Part shown: piece by piece, positions 23,198 to 25,706 of the stretch
How the letters are laid out: every line of letters starts with the position of its first letter
How positions within the stretch are numbered: position 1 is the first letter of the stretch
DNA from: Rozella allomycis CSF55
Taxonomy: Eukaryota
Assembly (NCBI GenBank): GCA_000442015.1
Contig: KE560428.1
Coordinates: 62,001 to 87,706, forward strand
Direction: 5' to 3'
DNA length: 25,706 nucleotides
Translations under genes and position numbers: made by a program
Notes under the pieces: generated by a model
Databases searched by the model: none
Seen by the model: only the letters and a program-made list of their open reading frames with translations
Told to the model about the DNA's origin: nothing

Positions 23198-24611
23198 ATG
23201 GAGAGAGAAAGGAAGTTTGATATTGTCATATTTGGAGCCTCGGGTTTTACGGGGCGCTATGTGATTGAGTACGCCTTGAAGCACATTGACTCAACAATTA
23301 AAATTGCTGTTGCGGGGCGCTCAATTCAAAAACTTCAAAGTAAATTGAAAAAAAGTCCATTAAAGGTAATTTGAACCTTTTGCAAGAAAAATATCCTGAT
23401 TATAACAAAGTTTTAAATGACATAGGTATTTTGATTGCCGATGTTTCGGATTCAGCGTCATTGAATTCAATGGCCAAGTCAACTAAAGTTGTTATCAATT
23501 TGACAGGACCAGTAAACATGCTTGTTTAAAAATATGAAAGTACAGGACTCTGGGTGAACCAGTAATTAAGGCATGTATTGAGAATTTCACAGACTATGTT
23601 GATATAACCGGGGAACCAGAGGTAAACGTTGAATTGTATTGGAAAAAGTTTATGGAAAAGATGCATTTCAAGTATAATAACCAAGCAAAAGAAAATGGAG
23701 TGATATGTGTTCAAGCATGTGGTTTTGATAGTGTTCCGGCCGACATTACTACATTAAAGATGCAAAGAAAGTTGAATGAATTGATACCTGATGTTGATAT
23801 TGAGTACATTGAGTCATACTTGAGTCTTCACAGTGACTTGAAGATTACCGCTCATTACACCACTTGGGAGTCAGCTGTTCTTGGATTTTCTAATTATAAG
23901 AGTTTTTCTTCTTGGAGAAAGAAAAAAGGCCTTAACAGCGATATTGTCAAGAAAACAAGCAATTATAAACCAATTCAAGGTTGGAGATGGCATAATATGC
24001 TCAATTGTTACGTAAATCTATTTCCAGGAGCGGATGCGTCGGTAGTCAAAAGATCCCAGACATTTCTCGCTGACAAGGGATTTATTAGATATGTACCCTA
24101 TGGAGCGTATTTTACAACTGAATCTTGGTGGTCTAAATTGAAGTTTGAAATATTTGGACTTCTTTTTTTGGTATTATGCCAATTTTCGTTTGGTATATAT
24201 CTTTTGCTATCAGTAAAGTGTTTAATTATTAGATAAAGTACCCAAGTTTCTTTTCGTTTGGGGCGTTTTCGCACGAAGGTCCTTCAAAGGAACAAGTTGA
24301 TCACACGTTCTTCACTATGATTTCACTTGCAAGCGTGAAATCCAAATCAGGCAATTCAAAATTCTATAAAATGGTATTGCGAGGACCAGGTAATCTTAAC
24401 AAATTATTTGTGTACTGAGCCGGGATATGTGTCCACTTCAATGATAATAATTCAAAGTGCAATCTGTATTTTAAAAGATAAACAAAAGATTATGGCCCAC
24501 AATAAGAACAAGGGAGGCATATTTACTCCTTCCGCTGCATTTTACGGTACTTCATTTTTGGAAGCCCTAGAAAAATGCTTTGATTTTTCTAATGTCAGTG
24601 AAATAAATTAA
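23198..24611 (+). CDS. SCCPDH: Saccharopine dehydrogenase-like oxidoreductase; 5 introns, the last apparently non-canonical
   Basis: FDIVIFGASGFTGRY, AVAGRS, NLTGPYRTLGEPV..AC, YVDITGEP, CGFDSVPAD, HYTTWESAV, FPGADASVVKRSQ, FSFGAFSHEGPS, GPEPGYVST and GGIFTPSAAF. Confidence 0.93.
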
Positions 24612-24734
24612 TGCAACATGTTTATAAATTATATGATTACATATTTTTATTTTTTGCATCAGCGTGTCAATTTTACGCCTACCAATTTCAGTAATAAACC
24701 CTGGTGATAGTGTACCAAGCACGCGTGCACTAAA

Positions 24735-25119
24735 ATGAAAACTTCAAATTCGAAAAGGGAAAATGTATCACAACATCAAAAACTTTGTGAATTTATCTGG
24801 AGACATTCAGGATCCCAAGTTATCTTAACTGGTACATTTGATAATTGGTCGCGCTCAATTATAATGAAAAAGGATCCCTACGACGATTCTATATTCCGTG
24901 CTACGATAACTCTTGATCCATCAAAGGCCCACGAATTTAAATTTGTTGTTGATGGAGTCTGGCGCTGCGCGTTAGACTACTCAACCACCATAGTAAGCTC
25001 GTAGTTCTTAATTATATAAGGATTCATCTGGCAACGTAAACAATGTTATATATCCCTGCGCAACAGAGCATTTTCAAGAGGCGAATGTTAATCACATAAG
25101 ACAAGCCGTTCGTTCATAA
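24735..25119 (+). CDS. Small stand-alone CBM48 (AMPK-beta-type glycogen-binding domain) protein, 118 aa; intron 24993-25020
   Basis: FIWRHSGSQVILTGTFDNWS, FKFVVDGVW and DSSGNVNNVI. Stop at 25117-25119, about 22 aa after the domain. Confidence 0.85.
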
Positions 25120-25170
25120 ACAGAAAAATAAATCTATTTCAAGAATCGCATCAAAATTTAATTTTTTTAA

Positions 25171-25691
25171 ATGATGTCATCAATTTTAAAACCTTACGTT
25201 CCCATATCTTTTCCGTATCATCAACTGTATCTATTATGTGAAAATGATAAGAATAAAAAAGAATTGTCCAAAAACGTGACTATACACGTTACTCGTTCAG
25301 GGATGCTAATACACTTTCTTTTTCATTTGCACATACAAGATTGTATCAAGAAGATATCCAAAAAGCAATCTTGAGAAGACAGGATGCAGATAATATTGTC
25401 CAGATGGTATTTAATAAATCTGTTGCCTTTGTCACGTTTAGTAGTAAAGAGAAAGCAATCAATGCCTTAAAAGAAAATTTAATTGTTCAAAATGTATGGA
25501 TACCAGGATCATTATGTTCTCAAGAAAAATTCAAATTGATATCAGTATATATTAGTAATGTACCATACATTGAGAACTACTTGGAACTCCAAAACATTAT
25601 TAAAGAAAACTTTAATGATATCAAAGTTGAAGATTGTTTTGTAATGGCTTATGCTTCAGCAATACATGTTTTTTTTAAGAAATTAAAATAG
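25171..25691 (+). CDS. RRM-like alpha/beta fold protein; exon structure and 3' end uncertain
   Basis: RNP1-like VAFVTFSSKEKAINAL is followed by RNP2-like SVYISNVP. The two ORFs can be joined through a ~35-nt GT-AG intron near 25227-25261. The gene may continue past the window. Confidence 0.5.
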
Positions 25692-25706
25692 ATTTATTTA
25701 TAAATT

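Overview
This is AT-rich, very gene-dense eukaryotic DNA with about 16 protein-coding genes. Most intergenic gaps are 20-280 bp, and there are dozens of tiny spliceosomal introns (mostly 26-30 nt). In order: 5' end of a J-domain gene, a hypothetical helical protein, NCKAP1/Nap1 (WAVE complex), tetra-ubiquitin, AFG2/SPATA5, STE24, a tandem pair of intronless orphan secreted proteins, MED16-like, SLA1, a Rab32/38/29-type GTPase, a DDX28/MRH4-like DEAD-box helicase, a NUDT7/PCD1-type CoA Nudix hydrolase, SCCPDH, a stand-alone CBM48 protein and an RRM-like gene. Fungal-type Sla1 together with WAVE-complex Nap1, Rab32 and ultra-short introns points to an early-diverging fungal or opisthosporidian genome. 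Rozella-like is my inference, not a database result. The best candidate for an undescribed system is the duplicated secreted-protein pair at 9903-12878. Other notable signals are a 20-bp head-to-head gap between MED16 and SLA1, a shared CGAAA(A)TTCG start-proximal motif, a strand-skew domain of about 5 kb that is not explained by transcription, an apparent GT-TG intron, and an NLS-bearing CoA Nudix enzyme. Five single-N-flanked duplications look like uncollapsed haplotypes or contig overlaps. I found no RNA genes, CRISPR arrays or intact mobile elements.
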